A stretch of DNA of 63,918 bases, filler included, from Hausera hauseri (taxonomy: Eukaryota), in assembly GCA_046269625.1 (NCBI GenBank). It is 12 parts of 12 records of this genome, joined end to end, with 100 filler letters (N's around TTAATTAATTAA, not from the genome) between each part and the next. Parts side by side here need not be neighbours in the genome. Positions count along the whole stretch, not along the records: positions 30,155 to 36,420 come from JBJURY010119320.1; positions 36,521 to 40,730 come from JBJURY010699215.1; positions 40,831 to 44,880 come from JBJURY010793535.1; positions 44,981 to 49,930 come from JBJURY010381702.1; 8 more parts are not named here. One strand, written 5' to 3'. This document shows, piece after piece, positions 34,001-46,559 of the stretch (within the stretch, counting starts at the first letter, position 1; every line of letters starts with the position of its first letter). A program made the position numbers and the translations under genes. A model generated the notes under the pieces. That model had not been told where the DNA came from and searched no databases. It saw only the letters and a list, made by a program, of their open reading frames with translations.

Positions 34001-34709
34001 ACTTACAAAAAATGACTCAAATTTCCGACGAGCTGTTCGAGATAGAGACACTTAAGAAAAAGATAGTCTGGGATCTGTCCCAACAGATAGTCTTCTTTGT
34101 GTACCAGTACGCAAAGTTACGTATGTTACAGTTTTACTACGACTTTATAGACAAGTTCGTAGACAGCTCCGATTTCCAGTTGTGTGAAATGGACACGGAC
34201 AGTTTGTATATGACGTTAAGCGTGGACGACTTGGCCGAAGCAGTCAAACCGTGACGTAAACATCGGTTTTACCGAGTTTACGACCGTTGGTTTCCCTCAG
34301 AAGTTTGCCCGGCCCATGGATCCTATTTGTAACTAGAGCTGGTAAGGCAGGGGTAGACTGTCAGGCTTGTAGGGACAAGAAATTATACGATAAAAGGACT
34401 CCTGGCCTCTATAAGCTAGAATTCTCCCGCAAAGGGATGATATCTCTTTGCAGCAAAACGTACCATTGTTTTGGAGACTACAGTAAAACAAGCACAAAAG
34501 GCCTCACCAAAAAACACAACACCCCACACAAGGACACCTTTCTAGAAGTCTTAGACACGCAAACACCACAGGGGCGTACGAACGTAGCTTTTAATATACA
34601 CAAATCGACCGATTACACATATACTCAACACAGAAACTCTTTATCACATTTGTACATAATGAGACAAGTACAATCTAATAATGTTAGCACCATTCCCCTA
34701 GCAATTTAG
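31009..34709 (+). pseudogene. Near full-length protein-primed DNA polymerase B (Polinton-like) with N-terminal C2H2 finger and internal VSR/PD-(D/E)xK-like insert; many frameshifts
   Basis: CGHMYGRVNNLKTHLKKQH, DNLCFFRCLAL, YDFETY (Exo I), GFNFGKYDLNVI (Exo II), YDVNALYLWAL (motif A), VDSWD...YQFRGCLFHGHP...LWECEW (nuclease insert), GNSNYGNT (motif B), EMDTDS (motif C) and RTPGLYKLE. Confidence 0.9.
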
Positions 34710-36271
34710 ATCCTTATTATCCCCTTTGTGTAGAGAATTTCAGTATTCTACAAAATGTCCCCGAGTGTAATGTATGTGTATGAGTATTTAATATTTATAT
34801 CATGTTGTATATATGTTGTAAAAATTGGGAAAAATAAATATTATGAAAATAGCAGCGAGTTTTGTTTCTTCTTATAATCAAAGTTGTTATGTTTGTGTTT
34901 ACATCTTTATCTTCCTCGGTTTATCATTTCACAGAGAAGAACAAACAGTTGAGGCGTGTAGACCAGTGTAAAACATGAAGCTGGGAACAGAATGGCCGGT
35001 ATAATGAATCAGTCCTTTTACTAAACAATACCACTATCACCGCCAAGACATTTCAATAATCAAGGTACATTTTAAGTTATGTAACCAAGTCATGTGTCAC
35101 GCGAAACCACTGTGATTTTACATGTAGGCCTATAGAAATATGGGAAAAAAAGTATACCCGTGAGAACACCATGCTAGGCGCTAATCTAAATGGTATATTT
35201 TTTATGGTCATAACTGAACTGCAGAAATGAAACCACTTAGTGAACCTCAGTAGCACATATATTTTCCATTAATGCAAGTTATTATGTTTTTGTGTGGTTT
35301 TACACCAGAGCTTCCATTCTCCAGCCTTTAAGGATTTCGCAGAGAAGCAAGAATGTAATATAACGCAAATAAAACAAAATTATCATATTTGAAGAACTTA
35401 CCAGAGACAACTTTATTTCTGCACTGTAATGCGTTAAACAATCATTTTAAAGGCTATACATAAATAGATAAAATCCGTCAAGTCTTAACTGCAGGAACTG
35501 AACACTTTCGAGGAACACTTATTTCCATCCGTTTGCGACGGATACATTAAAAAAATTAACATTTCACAATTAGTTTTTTTTTTTTTTTATTTTAGCTCAC
35601 AATTAAAAAAGATGGACTGTGGTAAGACAATAAAAGTGCAATGGGGTCGTGGAAAAAAAAGCAAATGGTAGTAAAGTCTTAAAAGGAAAAAAAAGAGAAC
35701 AAGACGACGTTACGACCACGAGGTTTTCGTCAGGCACACAAAGAGACAACGGACAAGGGTATACAAACGAACTACATACTGTTAAGCCAGCATTGGATTA
35801 GATGAAGCGACAGAGTTAGTGCTGATACTTTTTATACAAATAGATTGCAAAATAATCAAACATAAATAGTTATTCAGTCAAGAAACTGTGGAAAAAATCT
35901 TAATGGCTACGGAATCAGGGACTAAGAGTGACAATGATAAAGCACGGAAAAACAAATCAAATATAATCAAATCAAGCAGGAGAAATAAAACAAGATAAAA
36001 GAAACTACAATTATAATCAACTGGAATTAATAAAAGCAGCCCATTTTTTTTTCCATTTTATGTATTTTAATAAAAGGCCCGGGGTAAATGCCTTAAATAT
36101 CAACTTGGACGTGAAAAAGAAGCAATTAAAATAAATGTTAATTCTTTAATCTGCTGGACTAGAACCTACTGACTCGAACTGGTAGTTCAAAATGACGTTG
36201 CTCCTCTTTAAGATATTGTGACAAGATGAGGGAAGTACGCTAGAGTATTTGACATGCGACGACTACATAAT

Positions 36272-36416
36272 AGTATACCTGTATATCAATTACAGTGAAC
36301 CCAGTATACCTGTATATCAATTACAGTGAACCCAGTATAACTGTATATCAATTACAGTGAACCCAGTATACCTGTATATCAATTACAGTGAACCCAGTAT
36401 ACCTGTATATCAATTA
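36272..36416 (+). repeat. 31-bp minisatellite, ~4.7 copies
   Basis: Unit AGTATACCTGTATATCAATTACAGTGAACCC at 36272, 36303, 36334, 36365 and 36396, with no spacers. Confidence 0.95.
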
Positions 36417-36520
36417 AAAGNNNNNNNNNNNNNNNNNNNNNNNNNNNNNNNNNNNNNNNNNNNNTTAATTAATTAANNNNNNNNNNNNNNNNNNNNNNNN
36501 NNNNNNNNNNNNNNNNNNNN

Positions 36521-37300
36521 TCGTTATTGACACCCAAAATGTCAATGTATATAAAATACTTAGCTTTTCAAACGAAAATTTTGTTTAGAATACTACTAGA
36601 TCCAGTAATACTAGGAATTGAAATTTGTCAACCTATGGGTATTCAAATAGGTTTACAGCCGCCTATATTTTATCAAAAGCCATCAGAGCTAAGTACGAAT
36701 AACTACCAGTTAACAAAATCTAATAACCATCGGTACTTAGCAGTTTCGTTAGCGTATGCACCAAATGGTGAACCCATTCTAGTCGAAGTAATTATAGCAG
36801 ACGAGAAAAAATTAACTATCTACCATGCTTTTATGAACCCACGGAAAAAGATATCCAATACCAACTAACATCATCCATGGCTTTAATTCAGCAAGCAGAA
36901 GATGAGGAAATAGTTCGTTCAGAAGTTATTAAATATCTATATGGATATACGATAATCAGTGCTAACACCAGCACTATATTGAATGCATTTCGTATACTAA
37001 TAACTTTCATTTATGGTATGTTCGATATATTGTCAATCGGGAATACCAAAAAAAACGTTTCATAGAAACTGGAATGAAACCTAATTTAACCCAGTTACCA
37101 AAAATGTATAATACATCGTATCAATTTCCGAAGGCCGCTGAACTAATCCTACAGGCAATAATTGAAATATACAATCAATTAATAGATAATTGCACTAATG
37201 AGCAATTGGAATGGGACTGCATCCCACCAGAAAACAATTTAATAAATAATGACGGTTTTACGCAAATATCCACCAAATATCACTAAGACTACCAGTATGA
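36521..37300 (+). pseudogene. Decayed ORF: retropepsin-like tail followed by a DEDDh (REX/ISG20-like) exonuclease-like domain
   Basis: DPVILGIEIC, then YLAVSLAY..ILVEVIIADEKKLTIYHAFMNP..IIHGFN..EIVRSEVIKYLYGYTIISAN..PNLTQL..LILQAIIEIY, spread over three frames. Confidence 0.45.
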
Positions 37301-38610
37301 AAACACACGAAGTAAAATACAAAAAAGTAAAACGGATCCAACTGAAACTCTAATAGACAATATGAAAACCCATACAAACAGTTTGCTAGCAAAAACACAA
37401 ATTGAGAAAACAATTGAACCTAGGAATTTATCTATATTAATCTATGGAAATACTTGGCAAGCAATCAACGTGCACTTTCTTCAAAAGCCATCAACAAAAA
37501 TAAATTAATACAACCAAATCCAACCTAACCCCAGGTTTGGATCAATAATTGGAATGGTATACAAACATTCCGTGCATAATACACTGCACCTAGTGATGGT
37601 TGGGGCCCATCCTGAGATCATCAGCAGTCTCGATCATAAACCGGTATTGATAAATCAACCAAGTATCGATTCCTAAACCCAGGGGCGCAAAGATAATCAA
37701 TCTTCGAGGAACCACCAGAGAAAAATTGAAGATGATATTGTACCAACGGCATGGTCAGTTTACACTGGAGAAGCTCTACAATATGGAGAAGATGACTCAG
37801 ACAGAAAAAGATATAACTATGAACAACCTAACAATTCAATTGTGATATTCTATTTTGCACCTGCTTTCTTACTGTATAATTCTCCCTATTTTTTATTTTT
37901 ATTGTACATTATTCCTATTTATTAACAATGTTATAACTTTATTGATATCTTGCTCTTTTTTATATAATGTACACTATCAAATTCCTTCATTTTTATATTG
38001 TATATTATTGCTGATTCTGTCGAATATAAGATAAAAACTAATTTTGTTACTAAAATTTTTCTAAAGGTGAGAGAGATGTTAGGGAAACATTTTATTTTTA
38101 GATTTTTATTTTTATATTTTTTATTATTGCAAGAGAGGTTAGGAAAATGCTTTAACTTAAAATGCTTTAATTACTTATAAAAATTACGATACCACACAGA
38201 TGTTAGGAAAATACCTTATAATCTTATTAAAATAAAAATTCGTTACTACACAAAAAGTAATAAAAAATGATTTTTGTTACTACACAAAAAAGTGATAATT
38301 TAAAAACCTATACTACACAAAATATAGGTTATGAAAATAATAAAAAATAAAACCACACAAATTAGAGTTTTTACATATTGTCTTAAGTAAACAAAAAATA
38401 AACCCCCACAAACTAAGTAAGCTATATATACCCAAACTAAAACACGAAAAACGCACAAAACAAATTTTTGGCCATTATACCGTTCAATTCGGGTTCAAAA
38501 TTATGATTAGTCCTATTGGGACTTGTTCTTATTCGACAGGATTAGCAAGACAGTTCTTCAATAACTGCTTGTTTCGATTTCAATCCAAATAAAATTTTGG
38601 TATTCGTTCA

Positions 38611-40398
38611 GTTATTTGATTCAAGAATTCTATGGGAAAACCTTTAACGTTTTCAAAGGCGACAAAGAAATAAAGAGCTTAGAAGAATTAACGAAAAGCA
38701 CAAACTTCAGCTTGTCCGTTTTGGGGGATGTAAACAAAGTCTTGCTTCCTATTTTATCCAAAGAAATGACAGATTTGTCAATAGTTCAACATTTGTTGTT
38801 CGATTATATCAGAGTTCTAATTGACGGATTAAAAAATCAGGAAGCAAATTCTGTCCAGTACAATTCGTATTTAAATAGCGTAAGCGATACATTGAGTACA
38901 CAGTTGTTTAAATTGTGTAATACCCGTGAAGGAACAAAAGTTGCGATGATGATTTATTGGTACTCGTCGGTGAAAGCCAGAAAGGAAATCTTAAAATCCT
39001 GTAAAGAACTAATTATCGAACTGTGTAATAGTGTCCATGCACATCTTTTTGTTATGGCAATGCTTGATCAAACGGATGACGTCCAGATGTTGAACAAATG
39101 TCTTTTGCAACCGATATTGAGTCAGTTGGACAAACTCGTTGTCAACAAAGAAGGACGGAAAGTGATCCATTTCATCATTAACCATAGAGATGTTGCATTC
39201 TTTTCCAAATACGTCATCGAACTACTCAGTGAAGGAGATGACAATCCGTACTCCAAGAAAGAACACTCAACACGCTCCAAGGAAATCCTCGAGATCTTCA
39301 GTAAACCCATCTTGCTCTGGATTCACGAACATTCCGACAGTTTACTGGATTATCCAGGCCGAATCAACGTTTTAACGTCCATCATATCTAAATGGTACGT
39401 TTTGTATCGTGTTTTCGGGAATTTTTCAAGCAGATCATTTTAGCATTCCGAGAAACGATGAGCTCAAATCGAAATTGTCTGATGTATTTTCCGTGTTGGC
39501 AAAACGTATCAACGAACCTTTGATTCCATCGGAACGTAAAAGTACAACAAAATGCTGTCCGGCCACTAAGAAATCGAAAAATTTCGCTGGTGCTGGTCTG
39601 GCGTCCGTTGAGAGTGAATCAACTGCCGTCGAGGAATTCGACGATAAATTGGACTGCCATTTCTTGGAGTCGCTTGCTGGAAACATTTTGACACGAAAAA
39701 TCTGTAAAATGGAAAAGGAGGGAGTCATTGGTAAAATTCGCTTCTTTTTCTTTTTTATCGAATCGGCTCTTTTTCACTATTCACCCACTCATCGAAATTT
39801 TTGGATTTTTATCAATTTAGTGTTGAAATGTATGGATTTGTAGCAACAGAAACCATTGGTGGAACGTAGAATACGGATTAACGATCGGATTGGAGGAAAT
39901 TTTGCGTGAAAAAAGGTTGGGGAGGATAGTGGATAAGTACCGATGATAAAATATTGAAAAAAAAACATTTTGACGACTGACTGATTAACTATCGAATTGG
40001 AGGAAAATTTGAGTGAAAAATTGGCGGCTGTCCTTAAAAGGGTCAAAAAACAAAATGTGTTGGGGGGATAGTGGACAAGCGCCGATGATAAAATATTGCA
40101 AAGGACCCTCATTTTGACGACAATTCTGCAGAAGGATTTACCGGCACCATTATGAACACAGTGAATGGCGACAATCTCCGGTCATTCATCGGCTGCAATC
40201 GCAGTGCGTTTTTCTTGGTCAAGTAAAGTTTTTCGTGTGGTGTTTTAGCTTATCACACAATATAGTCTTTTCGAATGCGGAAATTCCGACGTCCAGACAA
40301 AATTGAAACAAATCCTTGAACCGGTCAAAAAGTTCATAAAGGAATCGTCATTGTCGGGTGTAAAGGTTTTGGCCAACCATTTGTTTGGAAAAAAATAA
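38611..40398 (+). CDS. PUM3: Pumilio homolog 3 / Puf6 / penguin, 3' exons (38611-39394, 39444-39730, 40132-40222, 40266-40398)
   Basis: IQEFYG, NTREGTKVAM, KARKEILKSCK, LDQTDDVQML, KEGRKVI, EGDDNPYSKKE..R..EIL (CPL domain) and CNRSAFFLV. GT-AG introns of 49, 401 and 43 nt keep the frame to TAA at 40396-40398. Confidence 0.88.
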
Positions 40399-41732
40399 AT
40401 TTTATGATGCATTTTTTCTACGTAATTTGCAATTTCGTTAAATAATTTCCATTAATTTACGACGAAAAATATGTTTAACTTTTCATTTTCCTTGTCATCA
40501 AGCGAAGTAAATGAATTGTAAATGAAATTTCCTACAAACCAAGTTGACAATAAGTTTGTCACAGCGTCCATTGCAATTTTTGATTCTCGTGCTAACAAGG
40601 TTGATGAAAAAGACAGGATGGAAAGCTCGCTATCAAACTTGATTTGGGCATCAATATCATGTGCCGGTGGTGGTGCTCTCTACGTGGTTTATAAGAAAGC
40701 AACAATAACAGCGGCGCAGTACTTCTCAATNNNNNNNNNNNNNNNNNNNNNNNNNNNNNNNNNNNNNNNNNNNNTTAATTAATTAANNNNNNNNNNNNNN
40801 NNNNNNNNNNNNNNNNNNNNNNNNNNNNNNCTATTTTCATTTTTTTCCCCTCCATTACTGACTTGTCAGTGAGCAAAGAACTGAGACAAATGGAGAAGGG
40901 TCGTTTGAGGGTCATTGAATGTGCCCCAACGATCACCACAGGTTACGGGACTGATGATGATACTGACTTGTTTCAGTCTTACAATAGTCCTCTTCCCATA
41001 TACTATACTTCCATGGCTCCAACTTGTCTTTATTCAAGAACGTAGTAATTAACAAGACAGGTTTTTTTAAAAATAACATACAAACAGACAAAAATGTGCA
41101 AGGAGTACACAATATAACATTGTTGTATTGCCGCCAAGTGATGAGTGTCAGTGAACCCTCTCTCAAGTCTGACATTTTATTTCGGCACAAAAAAAAGTTA
41201 GCTGCCGAAAAGTGTTGAGTATAATGGAAAATAGGCGCGCCGTTGAGATTAAGATCGCTTCATGATCCCGATGAAAGCTAGAATTAACACAGCGGTCAAG
41301 ACCTCATGCTGCCTGCTAGTGGTTCAGCCTGCAAAAAAGACGTTCTGGTCAACAGCGTGAGGATAGACATGGTCCCTGTGGATTGTGAGAACATCTCTAG
41401 AAGACCTGACATTACATCACTGTCAGGAGGAAACTCTTAGGTGCTACCCGGACTGAAGGACAGCATTAGCACTCACCCAGGACTCGCCAAAAGGCTAACA
41501 GCCCAACGCAATTATTTGGGATCCATAAAAAAAAACCAACCAATGGAAAGCAGACAGAGATACACGACTCTGAGATAAGTACGAGAACAAGGACTAACAT
41601 AAGTTAAGTCCATTTCGCGCCTAAAGGCAAGCGTATAGGCAAATGTGGAGTTAGTGTCCACATTTTTCTTTGACACCGACACATGAATGGGTCATGTTGT
41701 CAGCATAACGCCAGGCCGAAAAAGTAACATAC

Positions 41733-43201
41733 TGTAGCCGTGTGACGAAATAACTTAAGTCCGCGAGAAAGCAAGTGATAGAATGCGAATGCTTAGAAGT
41801 ACGTTTACCATAGCGACAGTATCTCGGTAGGTGGCACTAGTGGAGCGGAAGTGCCCGAGATATTGTGGGAGGCAAACTTAGACTTCCTGTCTTATTTGTA
41901 TCTCATCGGCCGACAGGGAAGGTCCTCGTTGGGACAAGCCGTGATTCTATCGGTAAGATATTAACATGTACTTAGTATAATCCACGCATAAGGCTAGGAG
42001 AATTTACTTAATATTAACCTTACTAGGGGGATGGGGCAGTTTACCCGCGATTTATCATGAATTCGCTGGGGTACTGATAGAATCCCAGTGGACTCGATGG
42101 ACAAGCAAGAAACTTGTTTAAAGCGTGAACACGTGTGTTTGGAAATGGTGTTAATGATTAATCAGATAGCGAGTTGTGCTAAAGAATAAGTACACTATTT
42201 TGTGAAGCTTGAATATTATAATGTGTGACTGTAAATATAAGTTTCTGTTGGATTAGACGTAATTATGAATTATGCTAATGTGTAGGATGAAAGCCAGGTT
42301 GTGCGCGCTGATGAATCGCGGATACGACAGGTGAATTATGTAGCGTAGGCTAGGCGGCCAGAGCCAGTGGATATGTAGTGGTAAGATGGACAGGAGGTCA
42401 TTGTTGACGGTACCACGTGCGGGCCCAAAACCAATATTGAGGTGACGCGGAGTGACCGAATGATCACAATGGACCCATGTTAGAAGTTCATGATAACTTG
42501 TATTATAAATTGTTGGATGTAAAGTGTGGCTGAGACTGAGACATGGTGTATTTATTCTCTCGGCAGGTTTTATCTACTGGGTGTTCGCTAGCACTCTATT
42601 TCTGCTGGGTGTGTGTGCGCAGCCTTGTCAGTTGTCAGATCGTTGGTATACAGCTGTTTGGCTGTACAACTATTCGACTGCTTAGGTGTTTAGTTAACCT
42701 GCGCTACATTATTCGTTGTGTAGTACGCTGCTACTGCGTACCAAGTTCTTGAAGTGCTTGAGAGTACATTGTCTTGTACAGCTTGGCATAGGCTATCATC
42801 GAGGAAGGAGTGATTAAGGTCAATATCTTTAAGTGAGCAACTGGAGGTGTATTCCAAGAGGGCTCAAACCAACGTCTTCCCAGACACAGTAGTTAGGAGT
42901 GACAGTGGTATATACGGTATCGAAACACTAATGGCAACTGTATAGTGGAGAGGAAGAGTGCGTTACAGTGTGGAGATCACCGGATGCGAGTGCAGACGAA
43001 TTTTGTACTGATGTAGAAATTGTCACAATAAAGAGATTTCGAGCTGTTACCATTGAAGGGTGTCCAGAGTATTCATTGGGTGCCCCTACCTAACCTATAA
43101 TTCTCTTTTTACTTTTTTTTCTTTGAGTGTGACGTCAGAGCGGAGGGTGGAATACAAATAGAAGCCTGTCTATAGCCACAGGCTTCTGGTCCCCCATCTC
43201 A
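41733..43201 (+). repeat. 5' LTR (~1.47 kb)
   Basis: It starts TGTAGCCGTGTGACGAAATAAC, ends ...ATCTCA before the PBS, and has AATAAA at 43027. The first ~650 nt are repeated at 44274-44880. Confidence 0.85.
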
Positions 43202-43204
43202 TTG

Positions 43205-43222
43205 TGGCGTCGTCAGTAGGAT
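43205..43222 (+). promoter_or_regulatory. Primer-binding site, tRNA-Ser-like
   Basis: TGGCGTCGTCAGTAGGAT versus the tRNA-Ser complement TGGCGTAGTCGGCAGGAT (15/18). Confidence 0.7.
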
Positions 43223-43335
43223 CGGGAGACTTTGGCGACAGCTTGAGGACGTCATCTGGGAGAAGAGTCAGTCTCCTATGAAGATAGCCTGAGAGTAGCA
43301 GGCAGGGGCACCCAGTAGAATCAAAACTGATAGGA

Positions 43336-44127
43336 ATGGAAACCCGTGGAATGAAAGCGGTATGGCTGGAGTCAAACGAGACGGATTCGGTGCAAAAGAC
43401 AATTGAGGAGGCACAAAGCCGGGAGATTCTAGCTGAGGAGCATCCAGCGAGAGGACCAAAAGACGAAACTGTTGTCAGGTATGTGATGGTGCCCACTCAA
43501 CCGAGATTGAGGCAGTTTGGAGATAGGACGGGGCCATCCATACGGGAATTTATTAGTGAAATTAGCGCAGCATGGAGAGCTGGAGTGATGAGTGGGCAGC
43601 AACAGGTTGACGCCATCTTGACTAATGTCACGGCCGATGTCAAGAGCGAGTTGAGGTTACATGGAGTGACAGAAGACCCTGAAGCTATGCTGGTAGTGTT
43701 GGAAGAGGCCTGTGGAGGACGGAAGACACTACAGGAGCTAATCGCTGAATTTCACTCAATAAAGCAACATAATAGGGAGTCTGTTAGGGACTATTCACAC
43801 AGGTTGCACAGTGTGTTTGAAGAAATAGTGAAGTCACAAGAGAAGGGAGGTGTTGTCCCTTGGTTTTGGGTCACTTTAAGAGACCAGTTCGTGGCGCAGC
43901 TGAGGGATACTCTGACGCAGAAGGTGCTGAGGGAGAGGGTCCTACAGGAACCGAATGTGACGTTCCTAGACGTGAGGGACCACGCTATGAGGTGGACTGG
44001 TCAAGAGGTGAATCCTCACACCCGAGTGTTAGCAGTAAGCTGTGGGGAGACAGTGCAGGAGACTGAGCACAGTCGAGAGGACTGGGAGGCATTAAAAGCT
44101 GAGCTTGAGGAGTTGTGGCATGAATAG
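43336..44127 (+). CDS. gag: Retrotransposon Gag capsid protein (PNMA/Arc-like), 263 aa, no zinc knuckle
   Basis: PRLRQFGD....IREFISEI, FHSIKQHNRESVRDYSHRL (major-homology-like) and LRDQFVAQLRD. Confidence 0.85.
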   Translation: METRGMKAVWLESNETDSVQKTIEEAQSREILAEEHPARGPKDETVVRYVMVPTQPRLRQFGDRTGPSIREFISEISAAWRAGVMSGQQQVDAILTNVTADVKSELRLHGVTEDPEAMLVVLEEACGGRKTLQELIAEFHSIKQHNRESVRDYSHRLHSVFEEIVKSQEKGGVVPWFWVTLRDQFVAQLRDTLTQKVLRERVLQEPNVTFLDVRDHAMRWTGQEVNPHTRVLAVSCGETVQETEHSREDWEALKAELEELWHE

Positions 44128-44273
44128 TGTAAAATTAGTTAATTGTGGTCTGTGTATTGGAGGTGTGAATGTAGATACCCTGAATATGTGGTGTGTCTGT
44201 ATGACTGTATAGCTATACAAGAGGTATAGCATGAGGTGTGGTTGTCGGGACATCAACATTTAAAGGGGGAACA

Positions 44274-44880
44274 TGTAGCTGTGTGACGAAATAACTTAAC
44301 TCCACGAGAGAAAACAAGTGATAGAATGCGAATGTTTAGAAGTACGTTTACCATAGCCACAGTATCTCGCGACACTAGTGGAGCGGAAGTGCCCGAGATA
44401 TTGTGGGAGGCAAACCTAGACTTCCTGTCTTATTTGTATCTCATCAGCCGACAGGGAAGGTCCTCGTTGGGACAAGCCGTGATTCTGTCAGTAAGATATT
44501 AACATGTACTTAGTGTAATCCACGAGAATTTACTTAATATTAACCTTATTAGGGGGATGAGGCAGTTTACCCGCGATTTATCATGAAATCGCTGGGGTAT
44601 TGACAGAATCCCAGTGGACACGATGGACAAGCAAGAAACTTGTTTGAAGCGTGAACACGTGTGTTTGGAAATGGTGTTAATGATTAATCAGATAGCGAGT
44701 TGTGCTAAAGAATAAGTACGCTATTTTGTGAAGCTTGAATATTATAATGTGTGATTAGACGTTGGATTAGACGTAATTATGAATTAGGATGAAAGCCAGG
44801 TAGTGTGCGCTGATGAAGGGCGGATTCGACAGGTGAATTATGCAGAGTAGGCTTGGCGGCCAGAGCCGGTGGATATGTAG
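44274..44880 (+). repeat. 3' LTR (truncated by contig end), preceded by PPT AAAGGGGGAA (44262-44271)
   Basis: Direct repeat of 41733-42378 with several substitutions and indels. Confidence 0.9.
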
Positions 44881-46559
44881 NNNNNNNNNNNNNNNNNNNN
44901 NNNNNNNNNNNNNNNNNNNNNNNNTTAATTAATTAANNNNNNNNNNNNNNNNNNNNNNNNNNNNNNNNNNNNNNNNNNNNTGTCCACTCGTCACTGCACT
45001 ATACGTGAGTGCACTATGTGAAATGATTTTTCACTCATAAATTCAAGCTACTTTCATCAATTACAAAGGATAAATACACTTTGTAATATTAGAGTTCACA
45101 TGCAAACTCATTCTTTAGTTAGGTCTTCCTGGTCAAGTTAATTAATTTCTGTATTTACATTAAATGAAGGAAACAGAATTAGCCAAAATATTAGATGGAT
45201 ATTTATTATGTTGATAGTTTAATTTTCTTCTGAGTAATTTGTTGAATTTTCTTGTGAGAAATTTGTTGAGTTTTCTTGCACAGAGTCATGCACATCAGTT
45301 ACAATAATTAGCATGTTGAGTATTGCACATTACAGTAATTTGTTGAGTCTTGCACATCATGTACAGTAATTAGCATTTAAAAAAGAATCAGCAGTATGTG
45401 ATACATTGCTTCAGTACCTAATTATGCTCAAAAATACCATTTGTTAAGAAACGTTACGTTCAAACAACGGCATACTGCCAAGAAAAATGTTATTTAACAA
45501 ATAAGCAAATCCGTTAAATATGTGTTGAGTCTAGTTATGTAATATGGATACTTTACCTATCTAAAAATATTTTGATGATAATTAGTAAATTAGGCCGATC
45601 TATCGACTATAATAGAATTTAATTAATCAATAAAACTCCCAGATCTAATTAAAAATACACCTCCATATAGGTGAAACCTACATAAAATTACTAAAAATAG
45701 TAATTCTAGAAAAAACTCACACAGAATGCAAAAATAGTATAAATAATTAAGCATAGAATAAGATATGCCCTCAACTAATTTAGAATTTACTTTGAGTTTG
45801 CCGCTAAATCGACAATATTCTACGGAATCGACTTCTCGACTTCTGTTGAATTCAAATCTTTGTAATCGACTTCTCGGTTACTAGTCCGTTGTATCAAAAA
45901 TTTTTCGGAAAAGAAAATAAAGCAAATTTCAAAATTTGTTGGTTCTGATTTTCATATATTTTGAAAGAAGTGAAAGTAATTTTTATTTACATATTGGTAA
46001 AAATCATTTGTGTTTATTTTTTCTTCCTTTTTCTTTATTTTTTCTTCAAAAGTAATTAATACCCAGTTTTGCAAAGATTGCCTTATGCGGGATATTGGGA
46101 GTATATAATATAAATGAATCAATGTTTTATGTCAAAGATCATGCTGATGGGCGAAAGATATTTAATAGCATATTTCCAGAATTGCGAATATGTGCATATG
46201 AATGTAACAAATTGGTAACTATACCAAAGAACATTACATGTATTTATCGTGAACATGGTTCACATTGTGCATATACAAAGTGTTTAGCGTTATGTCAAAG
46301 TAATATTGTTACTAAATAAATGTGTTATAAAATTAGTTGGTCTTATCCTATATAGTAGTTACCTAGTTTTACTTGGCCTTATCCTATATCCCACATTACT
46401 TGATCCAGAAGACAACACGATATATCTATACAACATTTATTAAACAAAAGAATAACAATATTTACAATGCCACATGTCATGAGGTAGTGTGTAGATTCCA
46501 TCGCTCAAGATCTGCCTCTTGCTGTCCATCCAATCTAGGCTTTTCTTTTATAAGGTAAC

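Larger units (their letters stand above)
41733..44880 (+). mobile_element. Gag-only Ty3/Gypsy-type LTR element
   Basis: LTR-PBS-gag-PPT-LTR, with only ~1.07 kb between the LTRs and no pol. Confidence 0.88.

Noticed and set aside
36272-36416. 31-bp repeats as a CRISPR array
   Set aside because: The units are directly adjacent with no spacers, there are no cas genes, and the context is eukaryotic.
46095-46319. Small Cys-rich ORF converging on pPolB as an accessory gene
   Set aside because: 74 codons, a TTG start and no recognisable motif are not enough support.
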